From IMG/VR virus record IMGVR_UViG_3300035180_001452, positions 1 through 64,000 of that record: a DNA stretch of 64,000 nt; one strand, written 5' to 3'. Origin of the DNA: a virus. The position numbers and the translations under genes were made by a program. Shown one piece after another: positions 10,182 to 21,359 of this stretch. The notes beneath the pieces were generated by a model. The model was not told the DNA's origin, made no database searches, and saw nothing but the letters and a program-made list of their open reading frames with translations. The first letter of the stretch is position 1. The number at the start of each line of letters is the position of its first letter.

Positions 10182-13100
10182 CTAGGTCCTTCTAACGTTT
10201 AATAGTAATTTAAAATCATCTACATATGGAGTTTGGTTAGTAAATGATGGCCTAGATAAATCTATTATTATTCTAGGATTAATTCCTAAGGTATCATACC
10301 CGACAGTTATGACAGCAGGAGTATCAGAATACTTATGCATGTTTTCCGCAAATACTAGGTATCCATCAGAATGTACATAGTATTCATATACCGGGTAGTA
10401 GTCTCCGTCTAGCGGGTCCAGTACTGGAGGTTTAAGAGTTGGTATTTCTCCTGTTAAGTAGTTAGTCATATTTCTAGTGACAGGATATTTTTGTGGGAAT
10501 AGCTCTTGTTGTATAAATAAATAACTTCCACTACTAGGTAAGTTAAAGAAGTTTTCTCTAGGTGAATCTTCTGTTACCATGTACCAGTAGGTAGCTTTTA
10601 CTTGAGTATAGCTAGGATCTGGTGGGGCCTGTAGTACTTGTACCAGTCCTAGATCAGCATCGATAATAATCTTTAATGGGTCTATATTAACATCACCAGA
10701 TGGACTGCTCCATTTAGCTGTGAAATTAATTCCACTCTTTCCTGCTGCTATATTTTTATACCTAGTTTGCCATAGTTGAAAACTTCTGGTGGTAGTAGCC
10801 TGCTTAGAGCTAGGTGTAGATTTCCACGTGTGTGTATTATTACTATTATCAGACAGCACATTTGAGGTAGTAGTGGTTGAAGAGGAAACTTCTTGGAAGT
10901 GGTTCTTTTCAATTACAGAACTACTTACCTGAGTCATATCAGCAGGAGCTAGTATCTCATCTACAGACTGTAGGAAATCTTCTGGTTTTGGTTTTCCAAT
11001 AGAGTCTGGGTTTACTGTTAGTCCAGTATCAGGAAAGTATAGCGTAGCCTCTATAGGCCTATATCCTTCTATAGATTTTATGGTTCCCTCGTCATCTAAA
11101 TACTTGGGTCTTATAGCGTTTGGATCAAATAACGCTTTTCTACCACCCAGGTTAGAAGACAGGCTTTCAATAAGACCTAATATTCTTGTTCTATTAATGT
11201 ATGGGTAGTTAGAGATATATACTCTTCCATATCTATCTGTTCCATCTATACTTTCTGATATATGTTTAACTGGAATAATAAAATCCGATCTTTCTCGTAC
11301 AGTAAATCCTATATCATCAGAAGGATAGAATCTCAGAGTACCTACTCCACTATAGTATCCTTCTGTTTCTAATCTTCGTAGCATCATATAAGTACTATAT
11401 GAAGTATAGTAGGTAGGAGTTTCTGCGGTTATTCTTATATGCCGTATATTATTTTTAAGATTAGCATCTATATTTGCTATATTTATTACAAACGGAGTCA
11501 TGATTATATCACGTCTGCTCTGATCATAATTGTAGTTATCATAAAACACATCGCCAAAGGTTCCAGTAATAGGCCAATTATATCCATCTGATGAAAAAGC
11601 TATAGTAAACTTAAATTCTTTCTGGTCTTGTTGTTTATTAGCAGCAAATAGAAAAAACTCTCCAACAATAGCAGTAGCTCCTCTAAGATCTAGAGGAGTG
11701 TCTAGATTCTTTTGTATATACATCTTAGGAGCTAGATCTTTACCTAGCCGTACTAATAGTATATCTGCTGTTTCTGGTATATATTGCCATGTTATTGCTT
11801 GGAGCGCTGAACTGCCATATGTCCAGGTAGAATAATCTAAGTATGGAATAGTAGGTGGGGGCATTGGAAACTCATCTGTATCACTATAAGCTGTATTACT
11901 ACTAAAGATCTTACCATTTAATAGCTGCTTTCCTTTTTCTGGAGGATCATTTTCAGTTAAAGTAATAGTATACTTTATACTATCTGGTCCAGTTGTTCTC
12001 TTAGCAACACTATCATTACTCTCTAGTCTTATCTCTCTGATTTCTCCATTAACTTTAATAGGAAGACTTACATACCTAGCAGATGGAGCATATTCTCTAT
12101 GCCTTAGATATATCTCAAAAGCGCCCATCTGGTATTCATATACCGGGTAGTCTGTGGTACTGTTTTGTGGATAGGCGTACTTCTCTATTTCCTCAAGTAA
12201 TTGCCATGAGGTACCTTCTATATCTCTTAGCATTCTTCCAGAGTCTATAGAATATCTGCTAGTAACTGGTACTCTAAGCTCACTACCTCTATTTATTTCT
12301 TTATCCCAGTCTAGTATTTGAGGTAGAGTATTTATTCTTCTAGTTAGCCTTTCCCATCTGGACTGCTGTTGCTGATACTCATCTAGAGAATAATGCTTAA
12401 ATGTATAATTCTCCTGTGAGAATATCAAATATATTCTGCTAGCATTAATAGGATATGGTAGAAATATAGTTCTTCTGCCATCAACTTTTTCGTATATTAT
12501 AAATTCTTTTATAGCTTCTATAAATATATCTGATAGCCATAGCTCAGACTTTCTTTTGAAAAATGGCGGAATTCCTATTCTAAAAGAAACAGTTTCAGTA
12601 CCAGGCGGTGGATCGAATGTTATTACAACTCTAGTCCAGCCAAGACTATCTAGATGTATAGTTTCTACCTTATCTCCAAGTACTCCACCAGAAGCTATAA
12701 AGGATACTCCTACCATTATAGGAGTATCTCCATCAGTTTTTGCTAGGAAGCTAACCTCAAGACCTTGTGTTACGGAAATACTAAAAGCGCCATGGTTTAA
12801 GAATATAGACCCAGAAGGAGAAAACGTATAAAGCCTAACAGCAGGCAGACCATCAGGACCGCTATCGCTATATAGATCAGCATCCCCGGTATTTCCTGTA
12901 CCAAACATTGAGCCGTCTTTATACCATAGCTCACTTGGGTTAGAGTTTATTCCATATAGAAATGTTGGATCTGTAAGACTATTACTTTCTCTATTAGTCC
13001 AGCCTACTGCTATTAAACTCATTGGATGTTGGCCATATGGTCTTATATCCAGCTCTGATACTTGTGTGTTATGTTCTAGTTCTACCTTTATTCTGCAAGC

Positions 13101-13862
13101 AGCTCCACCCTTATACCCCCTTGGATTTGTTGGATCGTCATTATTAACTATTGGTAGCCAGGGAAATTGATCTGTAGTACAGTATATTGGAGCACTAGCA
13201 TGAACTACCTCGTTCCAGAAATTAGTAATAGTTCCATCAAAGGCATTGTTTACTGTATGTCCATCAGATACCGGAAGCCCTATGATTCTATCTAGATATA
13301 CATTACTCGGAACTATACCGGGGGATGAGAGCTGGTTTAGGAACTCTCCATCTATTGGGAGCTTTAGTATTCCATCGGCTGTATCAATAAATGCTTGCGG
13401 TATAGTACCGGCTCCATAAAATGAGGGGCTATCCTCTTTGGTAGTCTGAGCATTAAATGTTTCTATTATGGTGTCTGTATAGCTTATCTTACTAGACGTT
13501 GCATTGTTTTTAGCCTGAGATACTTTAGTTTCTAGATCTTCTACAGATAGCCTTAGCTTTTTTATTTCGTTTTGCGAGAGAGCTTCAATAGAGCTCATAT
13601 ATCTCCATAGGTTATTGCTCTCAGCATATATAGATCCTAGGTCTGCATAAATAGTAGTTATAGCAGAGTTATACTCAGGTATTCCAGCTACAGTATTACC
13701 TAGCTGTGTTAATGGGCCAGGAGACTCGTTTATAAGACTTTGGATTTGATCCTCTGAAGTTATGAGACCAGTCTCCTTGCTTCCTAAAAGCTTATTTAAG
13801 GCACTCTCTCTACCTTTAGTAAGAGCAGACTGAAACACATCTATGAAACTAAATAACGCCAT
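10182..13862 (-). CDS. Large baseplate/fibre-attachment-type protein with CBM-like insert
   Basis: 1226 aa; coiled coil, AFIDTADGILKLP, C-terminal DLSRP..NQTPYVDDF; galactose-binding-like insert (NSLTDPTF...GWTRVVITFDPPPG). Confidence 0.75.
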   Translation of the reverse strand: MALFSFIDVFQSALTKGRESALNKLLGSKETGLITSEDQIQSLINESPGPLTQLGNTVAGIPEYNSAITTIYADLGSIYAESNNLWRYMSSIEALSQNEIKKLRLSVEDLETKVSQAKNNATSSKISYTDTIIETFNAQTTKEDSPSFYGAGTIPQAFIDTADGILKLPIDGEFLNQLSSPGIVPSNVYLDRIIGLPVSDGHTVNNAFDGTITNFWNEVVHASAPIYCTTDQFPWLPIVNNDDPTNPRGYKGGAACRIKVELEHNTQVSELDIRPYGQHPMSLIAVGWTNRESNSLTDPTFLYGINSNPSELWYKDGSMFGTGNTGDADLYSDSGPDGLPAVRLYTFSPSGSIFLNHGAFSISVTQGLEVSFLAKTDGDTPIMVGVSFIASGGVLGDKVETIHLDSLGWTRVVITFDPPPGTETVSFRIGIPPFFKRKSELWLSDIFIEAIKEFIIYEKVDGRRTIFLPYPINASRIYLIFSQENYTFKHYSLDEYQQQQSRWERLTRRINTLPQILDWDKEINRGSELRVPVTSRYSIDSGRMLRDIEGTSWQLLEEIEKYAYPQNSTTDYPVYEYQMGAFEIYLRHREYAPSARYVSLPIKVNGEIREIRLESNDSVAKRTTGPDSIKYTITLTENDPPEKGKQLLNGKIFSSNTAYSDTDEFPMPPPTIPYLDYSTWTYGSSALQAITWQYIPETADILLVRLGKDLAPKMYIQKNLDTPLDLRGATAIVGEFFLFAANKQQDQKEFKFTIAFSSDGYNWPITGTFGDVFYDNYNYDQSRRDIIMTPFVINIANIDANLKNNIRHIRITAETPTYYTSYSTYMMLRRLETEGYYSGVGTLRFYPSDDIGFTVRERSDFIIPVKHISESIDGTDRYGRVYISNYPYINRTRILGLIESLSSNLGGRKALFDPNAIRPKYLDDEGTIKSIEGYRPIEATLYFPDTGLTVNPDSIGKPKPEDFLQSVDEILAPADMTQVSSSVIEKNHFQEVSSSTTTTSNVLSDNSNNTHTWKSTPSSKQATTTRSFQLWQTRYKNIAAGKSGINFTAKWSSPSGDVNIDPLKIIIDADLGLVQVLQAPPDPSYTQVKATYWYMVTEDSPRENFFNLPSSGSYLFIQQELFPQKYPVTRNMTNYLTGEIPTLKPPVLDPLDGDYYPVYEYYVHSDGYLVFAENMHKYSDTPAVITVGYDTLGINPRIIIDLSRPSFTNQTPYVDDFKLLLNVRRT

Positions 13863-13875
13863 AGCTAATTTTTCC

Positions 13876-16800
13876 TTAGACGTAGCGAATTATCCAATGA
13901 ACTCCAGCAGCCACGTGCTTTTGTACCGCCTCTTCAACTTGCTGAGAGGTCATCTTTCTGTATCCATTTGTACCTGTTAATACTGCAGCTGGAACCTCAA
14001 ACACAACCACACCATTAATCATTACCGGGTCACCGTCATTACTTCCTATGTCCCAGTTCCACCCCTCGAATAGCCTCCTCTTAATTCTTATAATAGCAAA
14101 GAGATCACCAGATCCCGGTATACTACTATTAACTTTTAAGAACAGTAATCCAGTACTAGCTTGATTAGCAGCTAGATACCAGTTACCAGAAGAATCTTGC
14201 GTATATCCTATAGTACGAGACCAGCTATTTCCTACTTGGAACCCACTCGCTCCAGAGCTCGGAGTAGTCATTGATATATTTCCAAATAGGGAGTTAGAAG
14301 GTACTATAGCATATGGATCACCAGAGGAGCTAGCATATCCAAGGCCTAGTATAGTAACAACATCATTATTGTAAAATTGAACATGTGTATTTATCCAATC
14401 GTAACCAACTGGTATACGAACTCTGGCTTCTTCCACAAAGTCTACTGGTTTATAATTAGGATCACTACCCCAATCTTCTGGTAGTCCTCCTCCTCTGGAT
14501 CTAATATCTAATACACTTACATCATTAATACTTCCTGGAGGAACAATAAATACCTTTCCTATAATAGCTGCACTAGGATATCCTGGTACTTCTCCTTCAT
14601 TTGTATGAGTACCGACAAGGTGTCTTACAAAACAGGTAGGCCTAGTTTCTGGAGGAAGTTCAAACGCAGAGTGGTATGTATAGTTTCCACTAGCAACACA
14701 GCTAGCATAATAAGCAGCTGTGGGTATAAGGTAAATTACCACTGGATTGTTTAGTATATCAAACCCCGCCTTACCTTTATTGTCTGCACATAAGTTAAAT
14801 CTATGCCCGGCTGATGGATTTAGATCCAGATCGTGCCAGGATTTCCCATCGTAATATCCTCTATAAATATATCTAGGTTCTATATATATATAACTAGCAT
14901 ATATTACATCAGTATCATTAAAGCTTCTCTTAAACTTTAATATACCTGCATCAGGATCTACAGACTCTAGTAAGTCCGGATACTCTGCTACTACGTCTTG
15001 AACTGATACTACCCAGTGACTTTCACGGGTACCTGTAATTACCGAAACGCCATTTATTGATACTCCGTAGATATATCTAACATCGGTATTACCTAACCAC
15101 ACAGTTTTATTATCGATTAGCTGGCATCTGCCTCCACTGCTCTGAAAATGCCTTAAGAAGTCTGGACTATCCCCTACCCTAATTTGACTTACTAGATTAT
15201 ACTCAGGTACTGTATATATAAGTACTATATCGTCCCCATCATTAAAGCCAACAGTCCTTAACCAACTACCACTTGGCTCACTACTGCTCATAGTAAATCT
15301 TCTTTCGAAGATTCCATCTTTTATACCCAGTCTCCAACCACCTGTATTATCCATGTATACTCTATCTACAGTTATTCTATTAGAGAACGAGTATACATTG
15401 ATATTAGAGAAGCTACCACTTAAGTCACCGCTAGATGCTGGCGCATAACTATTTAGAGATACAGTATTTATACCAGCTATAGTAGCACAAAACTTAAACG
15501 TTACCCTAGCCTGTTTTGTAGCAGTATTAGAGAACCTAAATTTTGGAGTAGATATTACAATAAAGTACCATCCAGTTCTATCATCATGTAATACTTGATC
15601 ATATCGTAGTGTCGTGTTCCGTGGATCTATAGTATATGTAAGAGGAGTTTCTGTCACGTTCCCGTTTATATCTAACCCTTCCACTATTGCAGTAACATAC
15701 CCATAACCAGACACAGTCTCTGTTCTCAAACCCCACGGGGTATTTACATATATACTAAATGGCTCTGCAAATGCTCCTCTTAGGGTTGAATCCATATTTA
15801 AAGTTATGCCAGACTTTGCTCCAGGCCATTGTAGTGCATAACTTAGACCATAAGTGCTACCTGTAGAAACTGAGACTGGATCAGCCACCGCTATATGTTG
15901 GGTATTAAAATACTTATTACAAAAATCTTCTGTTAGCTGAAAGGTACCATTCTTATATATAGTTTTCCATGAATAGATATAGTGTAGGTTATCAGTTGAA
16001 GTACGTTTATTGTATACGCCAAAGGCAAACTTATTATTTGCCTCGTTATAGTCTAATACACCTGTTGAAGGATTAATAGCTTGAGATGGATAGAATGTCC
16101 AGTATGGAATAGGAGGAGCTACAACTTCCTTTAGCTCCATGTTATCCCATATCTCTTTTGTAAATGGATTTCTTACTGTACTATCATTACAGTAAATAAC
16201 TAACTGCCACTTAGTAGTAGCTGAATACCCACTAGAACTAAATGTTAGGCTTACTTTTTGGTATGATGACGTACCAGTTATTGGTGCTGAACTTACCTCT
16301 CCAATTACATTATTAGTAGCATCTAAGAACCTTACTTTTAACTGACATCTTGACCATCCCTCACCAGTATTATTGGGGTCATATACCATTACATACATCC
16401 ATCCCCCAAAGCTATATAATTTGTTATTGTCTAGGCCAGTAACATCTATACATGCCTCACTATCAAGATACCCTAACCATAGATAGTTACTGCCAGTTCT
16501 GGGAGTACCTCTACTAAAAGGTATATTGAACATCTCCTCAAAGTAATATTCTTCCCAAGTTCTACCACCAACAGACCACTCCCCATTTTCAAATCCTGGA
16601 TCAGGACATAGGTTCATAAATGAAGTATCAAAGTCACCATCGCCATATCTATTATCTACAAACTCTGGATTAATAATAATGTTAGGGGATGGAACTGTTT
16701 CACCTAAGCCAGTATCACTTGACCATATTGTATCTTCAGATGAAGGAGGATACGCCCACGGCTTATAAGTATAACTTCTTAAGCGTACATCATCAAAGTA

Positions 16801-17643
16801 TACGCCCTGAATTGCTTCTCCACCAATTACTATTCTAAAGCTTACTATTGAAGGATCATCTATTTTAAAGTAGTCTGATCTAAACCTAAGAAAGTTCTTT
16901 GTGCTTTGTGTAAGGTAATTGCTAGTATCTCCATACTCCTGGTTTATACTACCTGACCACATAGTAGCTACAGCATTACCACTAGCATCGTAACCTATAA
17001 CGCTAAGATCAATACTGGTTTTAGTAATATCCTGATACTGCCAGGACTGAGCTCCTCTTCTATAGCCATAGTTATCTACCGGGTCGGTTGCTATCCACAG
17101 ACTTAGTTGGTAGGCTATTTCCGCCCTATCATATTGATCTTCTTTCCCAGCTTCTCTAGCTACTATATAGTCACTAATAATTGAGGCGGATACAGTTCCT
17201 GTGTTCCAGTCGACAGTAACGCATTTTGGTGCTGCTGATGGATCTTGGTCTACAGCAGGCGTGTCTTCTGTATCATATAAACTGTTTAATGAGGTTCTGC
17301 CCCCATTAAGGTCCCAGTTCCATACTCCTCCTAAAACACTCCAGGAAGCTCCTGTGCTAGGTGCAATTCCATACATAAAACTAGAGTCTAATACCTTGTT
17401 AACCGACACTAGCTCGGATACAGATCTACTTATAGCTATAGCCTTTCTAGTAATGTTAACATTAGGTACAGTACTCTTTACTGTTAGACCATCTGTATTA
17501 TATGTAGTATATTTTCCAGTACCTACTAGCTTTAAGTGCTGTCCAATATCAGAAGTAGGCACATTAATGTATGCCAGAGGAACTGCTCCATCCGGCACAC
17601 TTCTAGCAAAATTAAACTGTAGCTGTTCTAGTTGACTGGGCAT
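13876..17643 (-). CDS. Large baseplate protein with carbohydrate-binding-like domains
   Basis: 1255 aa; NLCPDPGFENG and NIIINPEF resemble CBM4/9-like domain starts; C-terminal VEEAVQKHVAAG resembles a baseplate wedge end. Confidence 0.72.
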   Translation of the reverse strand: MPSQLEQLQFNFARSVPDGAVPLAYINVPTSDIGQHLKLVGTGKYTTYNTDGLTVKSTVPNVNITRKAIAISRSVSELVSVNKVLDSSFMYGIAPSTGASWSVLGGVWNWDLNGGRTSLNSLYDTEDTPAVDQDPSAAPKCVTVDWNTGTVSASIISDYIVAREAGKEDQYDRAEIAYQLSLWIATDPVDNYGYRRGAQSWQYQDITKTSIDLSVIGYDASGNAVATMWSGSINQEYGDTSNYLTQSTKNFLRFRSDYFKIDDPSIVSFRIVIGGEAIQGVYFDDVRLRSYTYKPWAYPPSSEDTIWSSDTGLGETVPSPNIIINPEFVDNRYGDGDFDTSFMNLCPDPGFENGEWSVGGRTWEEYYFEEMFNIPFSRGTPRTGSNYLWLGYLDSEACIDVTGLDNNKLYSFGGWMYVMVYDPNNTGEGWSRCQLKVRFLDATNNVIGEVSSAPITGTSSYQKVSLTFSSSGYSATTKWQLVIYCNDSTVRNPFTKEIWDNMELKEVVAPPIPYWTFYPSQAINPSTGVLDYNEANNKFAFGVYNKRTSTDNLHYIYSWKTIYKNGTFQLTEDFCNKYFNTQHIAVADPVSVSTGSTYGLSYALQWPGAKSGITLNMDSTLRGAFAEPFSIYVNTPWGLRTETVSGYGYVTAIVEGLDINGNVTETPLTYTIDPRNTTLRYDQVLHDDRTGWYFIVISTPKFRFSNTATKQARVTFKFCATIAGINTVSLNSYAPASSGDLSGSFSNINVYSFSNRITVDRVYMDNTGGWRLGIKDGIFERRFTMSSSEPSGSWLRTVGFNDGDDIVLIYTVPEYNLVSQIRVGDSPDFLRHFQSSGGRCQLIDNKTVWLGNTDVRYIYGVSINGVSVITGTRESHWVVSVQDVVAEYPDLLESVDPDAGILKFKRSFNDTDVIYASYIYIEPRYIYRGYYDGKSWHDLDLNPSAGHRFNLCADNKGKAGFDILNNPVVIYLIPTAAYYASCVASGNYTYHSAFELPPETRPTCFVRHLVGTHTNEGEVPGYPSAAIIGKVFIVPPGSINDVSVLDIRSRGGGLPEDWGSDPNYKPVDFVEEARVRIPVGYDWINTHVQFYNNDVVTILGLGYASSSGDPYAIVPSNSLFGNISMTTPSSGASGFQVGNSWSRTIGYTQDSSGNWYLAANQASTGLLFLKVNSSIPGSGDLFAIIRIKRRLFEGWNWDIGSNDGDPVMINGVVVFEVPAAVLTGTNGYRKMTSQQVEEAVQKHVAAGVHWIIRYV

Positions 17644-17665
17644 TATGTACTATTCCTTAGATCTA

Positions 17666-19399
17666 TCAGCTTGAGATATTTTGGACTTCAAGTGGAGCAC
17701 TTTCAAAAGTGTATCCAAGGTATGTCCATAGCGAAGGATTATTAGAGTCCATATTACCAGTGGGCCATGAAGTTATTCTATCACCTTCTACTGGAAAATA
17801 CTTACATGTTGCTACTCTAAGCATATTAGTATTAGATTGAGAAAAAGATACCACTATAGACTGACCCGATATAGATCCAGAAGAGCCTTGTGTAGTTGTT
17901 TGGTATAACCTACCAAGCTTACATTGAACAACTGCGTTTAGGTCATCTAAATATGGAATACCACACTGATCAGTTAGGTATACGTATAGGTCATGTAATC
18001 CATCTGGTCCTTTATTAGGGCTTAAGTATAAGTAAGTTTTAGCTAGTCTAATTACATCAGAATGTATTAGGCTTTTTGTTACCCAGAAACCAGCTGTACT
18101 ACTGCGTATAACTCTAGATGCTGACATAGCAGAAGCATAAATAGTAAATCCTTGTATTAGTTCTGGTTTGTTTTCCCATATAAAGTATCTATTTCCACTA
18201 AAGTCAGTAGTACCTCCCATAGGAGTATCATCATCTAGAGCTATTGGCCTATAAATAATACTTTTATTATCGTTCTTTGTTATCCAAACATCTACCTTAA
18301 CTTTTGGTAAAGGCATATTATTATAGTCTAGAGCAGTTACTACTATCCTAACAGCCTCTCTATACACTCCTTCTGGAAAATCTGGAGTTTCACTTATTAC
18401 AATTTTACTAAGATTCTCAGCTGGATGTCTAGGTTTACTTAAATAAACAAATCCAGAATCTGCTCCTGACATAATAGGATTAATCTGTACATAGCTAGAA
18501 TCAGATGTACTAAATACACCAGTATCAAAACAACTATTATACTGAGCTTCTTCCCATCGTATAACTGCCTTCTCGTTCTTAAGTCTTAATATGCTTAGTA
18601 CAGTATTTTCTACATTAGTATCGTCTTCTGTAATACAAAACGAGCCATCTACATAGTATCTGACTGCAGTGCGAGTGCCTTCAGGTAGTAAGGTAGATGG
18701 CGTTATTACGTTCCTATCAACAGAGGCAACGTTAATAGGTCCATAGCCTATAGCATATATAACTGGTGACCATGCTCCAGTAGCTACTCGATCAAGCATG
18801 GTTCTAAGCTTACCGTCAGAGTCTACTAATAGTATCTCTTCTTGTAAAAGAGAAGGCTTATCCTTTAAATAGGTAGCAAATAAAGCTTCTTGCCTATTTG
18901 GATCATTAATATCTCTAGCAATCCACGCTCTTCTATTTATAAAATCCCAGTAATAATAGTTCCTATCTATTAAGTGCCCTGTGCTTGGCACTGTTACCAT
19001 ATCTACTCCGCTTGCATTAGTTAAGGCTACTAATTCACCGGGAACGTCTATGTACAGAAAGTTATTATCATATGCTGTTGGAGTTACTTGATTAAGCACA
19101 GATAGATTAGAGGTAGCTCTTGTGTACCTAAACTCTTCTCCATCTATAATTATAGGCCCTTGCCTGGACGCTGCTCTGAGATCTGGGCTGCTAGCAAGTA
19201 TAAGATTATCTGTTTCCCCAAACGGTACCTGAATATCTTCATAACCTTCTTGGGCATACAAATAATCCTCCTGGCCATTTAAATAGAACCAGCCGGATCT
19301 TACTTGTGGATACCATCTGTTTTTAGTACTTTGGTGAATATATACCTTTAGATCGTCTTCCCACCCAACGCCTGGTTGTACAGGATGAGTATTATACAT
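17666..19399 (-). CDS. Baseplate-associated structural protein with Ig-like domain
   Basis: 577 aa in baseplate cluster; IVVTALDYNNMPLPKVKV...TTDFSG is a Big/Ig-like pattern. Confidence 0.65.
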   Translation of the reverse strand: MYNTHPVQPGVGWEDDLKVYIHQSTKNRWYPQVRSGWFYLNGQEDYLYAQEGYEDIQVPFGETDNLILASSPDLRAASRQGPIIIDGEEFRYTRATSNLSVLNQVTPTAYDNNFLYIDVPGELVALTNASGVDMVTVPSTGHLIDRNYYYWDFINRRAWIARDINDPNRQEALFATYLKDKPSLLQEEILLVDSDGKLRTMLDRVATGAWSPVIYAIGYGPINVASVDRNVITPSTLLPEGTRTAVRYYVDGSFCITEDDTNVENTVLSILRLKNEKAVIRWEEAQYNSCFDTGVFSTSDSSYVQINPIMSGADSGFVYLSKPRHPAENLSKIVISETPDFPEGVYREAVRIVVTALDYNNMPLPKVKVDVWITKNDNKSIIYRPIALDDDTPMGGTTDFSGNRYFIWENKPELIQGFTIYASAMSASRVIRSSTAGFWVTKSLIHSDVIRLAKTYLYLSPNKGPDGLHDLYVYLTDQCGIPYLDDLNAVVQCKLGRLYQTTTQGSSGSISGQSIVVSFSQSNTNMLRVATCKYFPVEGDRITSWPTGNMDSNNPSLWTYLGYTFESAPLEVQNISS

Positions 19400-19400
19400 G

Positions 19401-20801
19401 TCAGGCTCCTAATGTTCTAGGAATATATTCCAACTCTGGCTTAATACTATCGTCTGTAAACCAGACTACCTTTTCCCATTGAACTTTACCTAAGGTAACT
19501 TTAACTGAGTTTGATATGCTATTAGCTATCTCATATAGATAGCTTGTTCCACTACCATCTGGGTTATACAGCTTATTCTTATACTCATTTGATGAAAGAG
19601 TATAAACCTTAGCTGCCCTAGCTACGTATACTAAATAGGCCTGGTTAGCATCGATATTACCAGAGACTGGAGAGAGGAGGGTTATATAGCCCTGAGAGTT
19701 TCTAGTTATACTGTATGAGGAATATCCGTAGCTTGCAGTAACCGAGGTGTTAGAAGGAGAATTAAAGATAATAGTATTACCTACAATAGCAGAAACAGGC
19801 TGTGTAGAATACCCTCCTACTATAATCCTTAAACTTTCTGATTTAGGAATTTTAGTAGACTTATATATATTATCGCTTATTTTTCTTAGATCTTCAACCT
19901 TAATACTATCCTTATCTACCCCATAAACTATTAGCTCTACGGCATCTGTAATACCAACATCACTTAGTGCTACGGCTCCTGTTGGTACCCATGAAAAGAA
20001 TGAGATTAAATCTATTCTTCTAGCTACTTCAGCAGATAGCTTGGGTATAGTAGGACCACCATTTATATAATAACAGGACTTCTGTCTGTTGTAATAATCA
20101 AAGTTATTTTCCCTAGGTAATCTAGGAAGATCTCTAGTTAGTCCAATAGCATCCCATGCATTATATAGATCATATTTAGATAATGGTTGCCATGGACCTC
20201 CATTTATTTGTATAGAGCCTGATGCATCAAGAGCTTCTACCATGTATACCGGGGAGTATCTTACTACTATAGGCGTATCATATGGTAGGTATATTACTCC
20301 ACTAGAGGCTGATATATAATGAGACTGGCATGGGAGTCTTTCGAAGGCAGCTCCAGCTTTGTACCAAACATCACTATCTGGAACCAGAGGACTAAGCTGT
20401 ATAGAGAAATCACTTCCCGGTACAGCTGTTGTTTCTAGTACCTCCAGATTCCTAAGTACGATACTACCATTCCACACAAAGAATATAGGCAGTGTAGAAT
20501 GTGTAAAGTCAAACAGGTCTGTAGCTCTAGCTACAGTACCTGATCCTGCAGGACAGCTAAAGTTTATAGTAAGATCTGTACTATCTACATTTTGAGTATA
20601 TGCTATCCATCCTAGCCTAGGATGCCCCCAACTGGAGAATGTGCGCTCTCCTAGATAATCATCAAGGTCTCTTCTTATATTTACGTATTGATCTAACCAA
20701 GCTGATATCCAGAACGTAGCAAGAAGAGAGCCAGATGTTGGAGGGTATCTTACAGACATCCATCTTGGCCAGTACTGTATATACTCTATATCGTAGGGCA
20801 T
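19401..20801 (-). CDS. Baseplate wedge protein (gpI/gp7-like), paralog A
   Basis: WDAIGLTRDLPRLPRENNFDYYNR matches the D-x-I-G...L-x-R...E-x-x-x-x-Y-x-x-R wedge pattern; colinear with 21360..22814. Confidence 0.7.
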   Translation of the reverse strand: MPYDIEYIQYWPRWMSVRYPPTSGSLLATFWISAWLDQYVNIRRDLDDYLGERTFSSWGHPRLGWIAYTQNVDSTDLTINFSCPAGSGTVARATDLFDFTHSTLPIFFVWNGSIVLRNLEVLETTAVPGSDFSIQLSPLVPDSDVWYKAGAAFERLPCQSHYISASSGVIYLPYDTPIVVRYSPVYMVEALDASGSIQINGGPWQPLSKYDLYNAWDAIGLTRDLPRLPRENNFDYYNRQKSCYYINGGPTIPKLSAEVARRIDLISFFSWVPTGAVALSDVGITDAVELIVYGVDKDSIKVEDLRKISDNIYKSTKIPKSESLRIIVGGYSTQPVSAIVGNTIIFNSPSNTSVTASYGYSSYSITRNSQGYITLLSPVSGNIDANQAYLVYVARAAKVYTLSSNEYKNKLYNPDGSGTSYLYEIANSISNSVKVTLGKVQWEKVVWFTDDSIKPELEYIPRTLGA

Positions 20802-20827
20802 TACTCTCCTCTCCCGGTATTATTCAA

Positions 20828-20858
20828 ATGGGGGCCTAGTATAGGACTAAGCCCCCAT
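20828..20858 (-). terminator. Stem-loop, probable intrinsic terminator after the 20872 gene
   Basis: Minus strand ATGGGGGCTTAGT-CCTAT-ACTAGGCCCCCAT followed by TTG; 13-bp stem with one G:U; short U tract. Confidence 0.6.
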
Positions 20859-20871
20859 ATACTACTCATTA

Positions 20872-21303
20872 CTAGCTTAGCTGAAGGGTACCTTTTGCAG
20901 GTAGCGGACCGACATTTACAGTAGCTTCACCCGTGTTCGCATTAAAGAGGGTGAACCCAACAGAAAACTGGTCACCAGTCTTTATTACCACATATCTAGC
21001 AGTAGCCCAATAATACTTAATACCGCTAGAATAACCAGGTACCCAGTTAGTTAGATCAGTATAGGAAAACTTACCACTATCAACAATACATACTGTAGTA
21101 TCGCCACTACTAAATGAGCTCGCATTTGCTACATTAGTTAGTGCTACGCCTCTAAATGGGCCAAACCACGCCATGATATTTACATACCCGCTAATAAGGG
21201 TTGGTGTCTTGTTGATATGAAACCCAACTGCAATAGTATTCTTACCATCAAGAGAGATAGCCGATGCGCCATTCGGAACTAGTACGTCTGTATAAATTGC
21301 CAT
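20872..21303 (-). CDS. Small beta-rich virion protein (decoration-like)
   Basis: Start revised to ATG 21303 (MAIYTD) because AAGGAG lies just upstream; followed by its own hairpin. Confidence 0.72.
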   Translation of the reverse strand: MAIYTDVLVPNGASAISLDGKNTIAVGFHINKTPTLISGYVNIMAWFGPFRGVALTNVANASSFSSGDTTVCIVDSGKFSYTDLTNWVPGYSSGIKYYWATARYVVIKTGDQFSVGFTLFNANTGEATVNVGPLPAKGTLQLS

Positions 21304-21331
21304 TTTCTGCTTCTCCTTTAATAAAACCACT

Positions 21332-21350
21332 ATCACTTTAATAAAGTGAT
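21332..21350. promoter_or_regulatory. 19-bp perfect palindrome, operator-like
   Basis: ATCACTTTA-A-TAAAGTGAT in the gap about 30 bp upstream of ATG 21303. Confidence 0.4.
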
Positions 21351-21359
21351 TAGTTTAAC

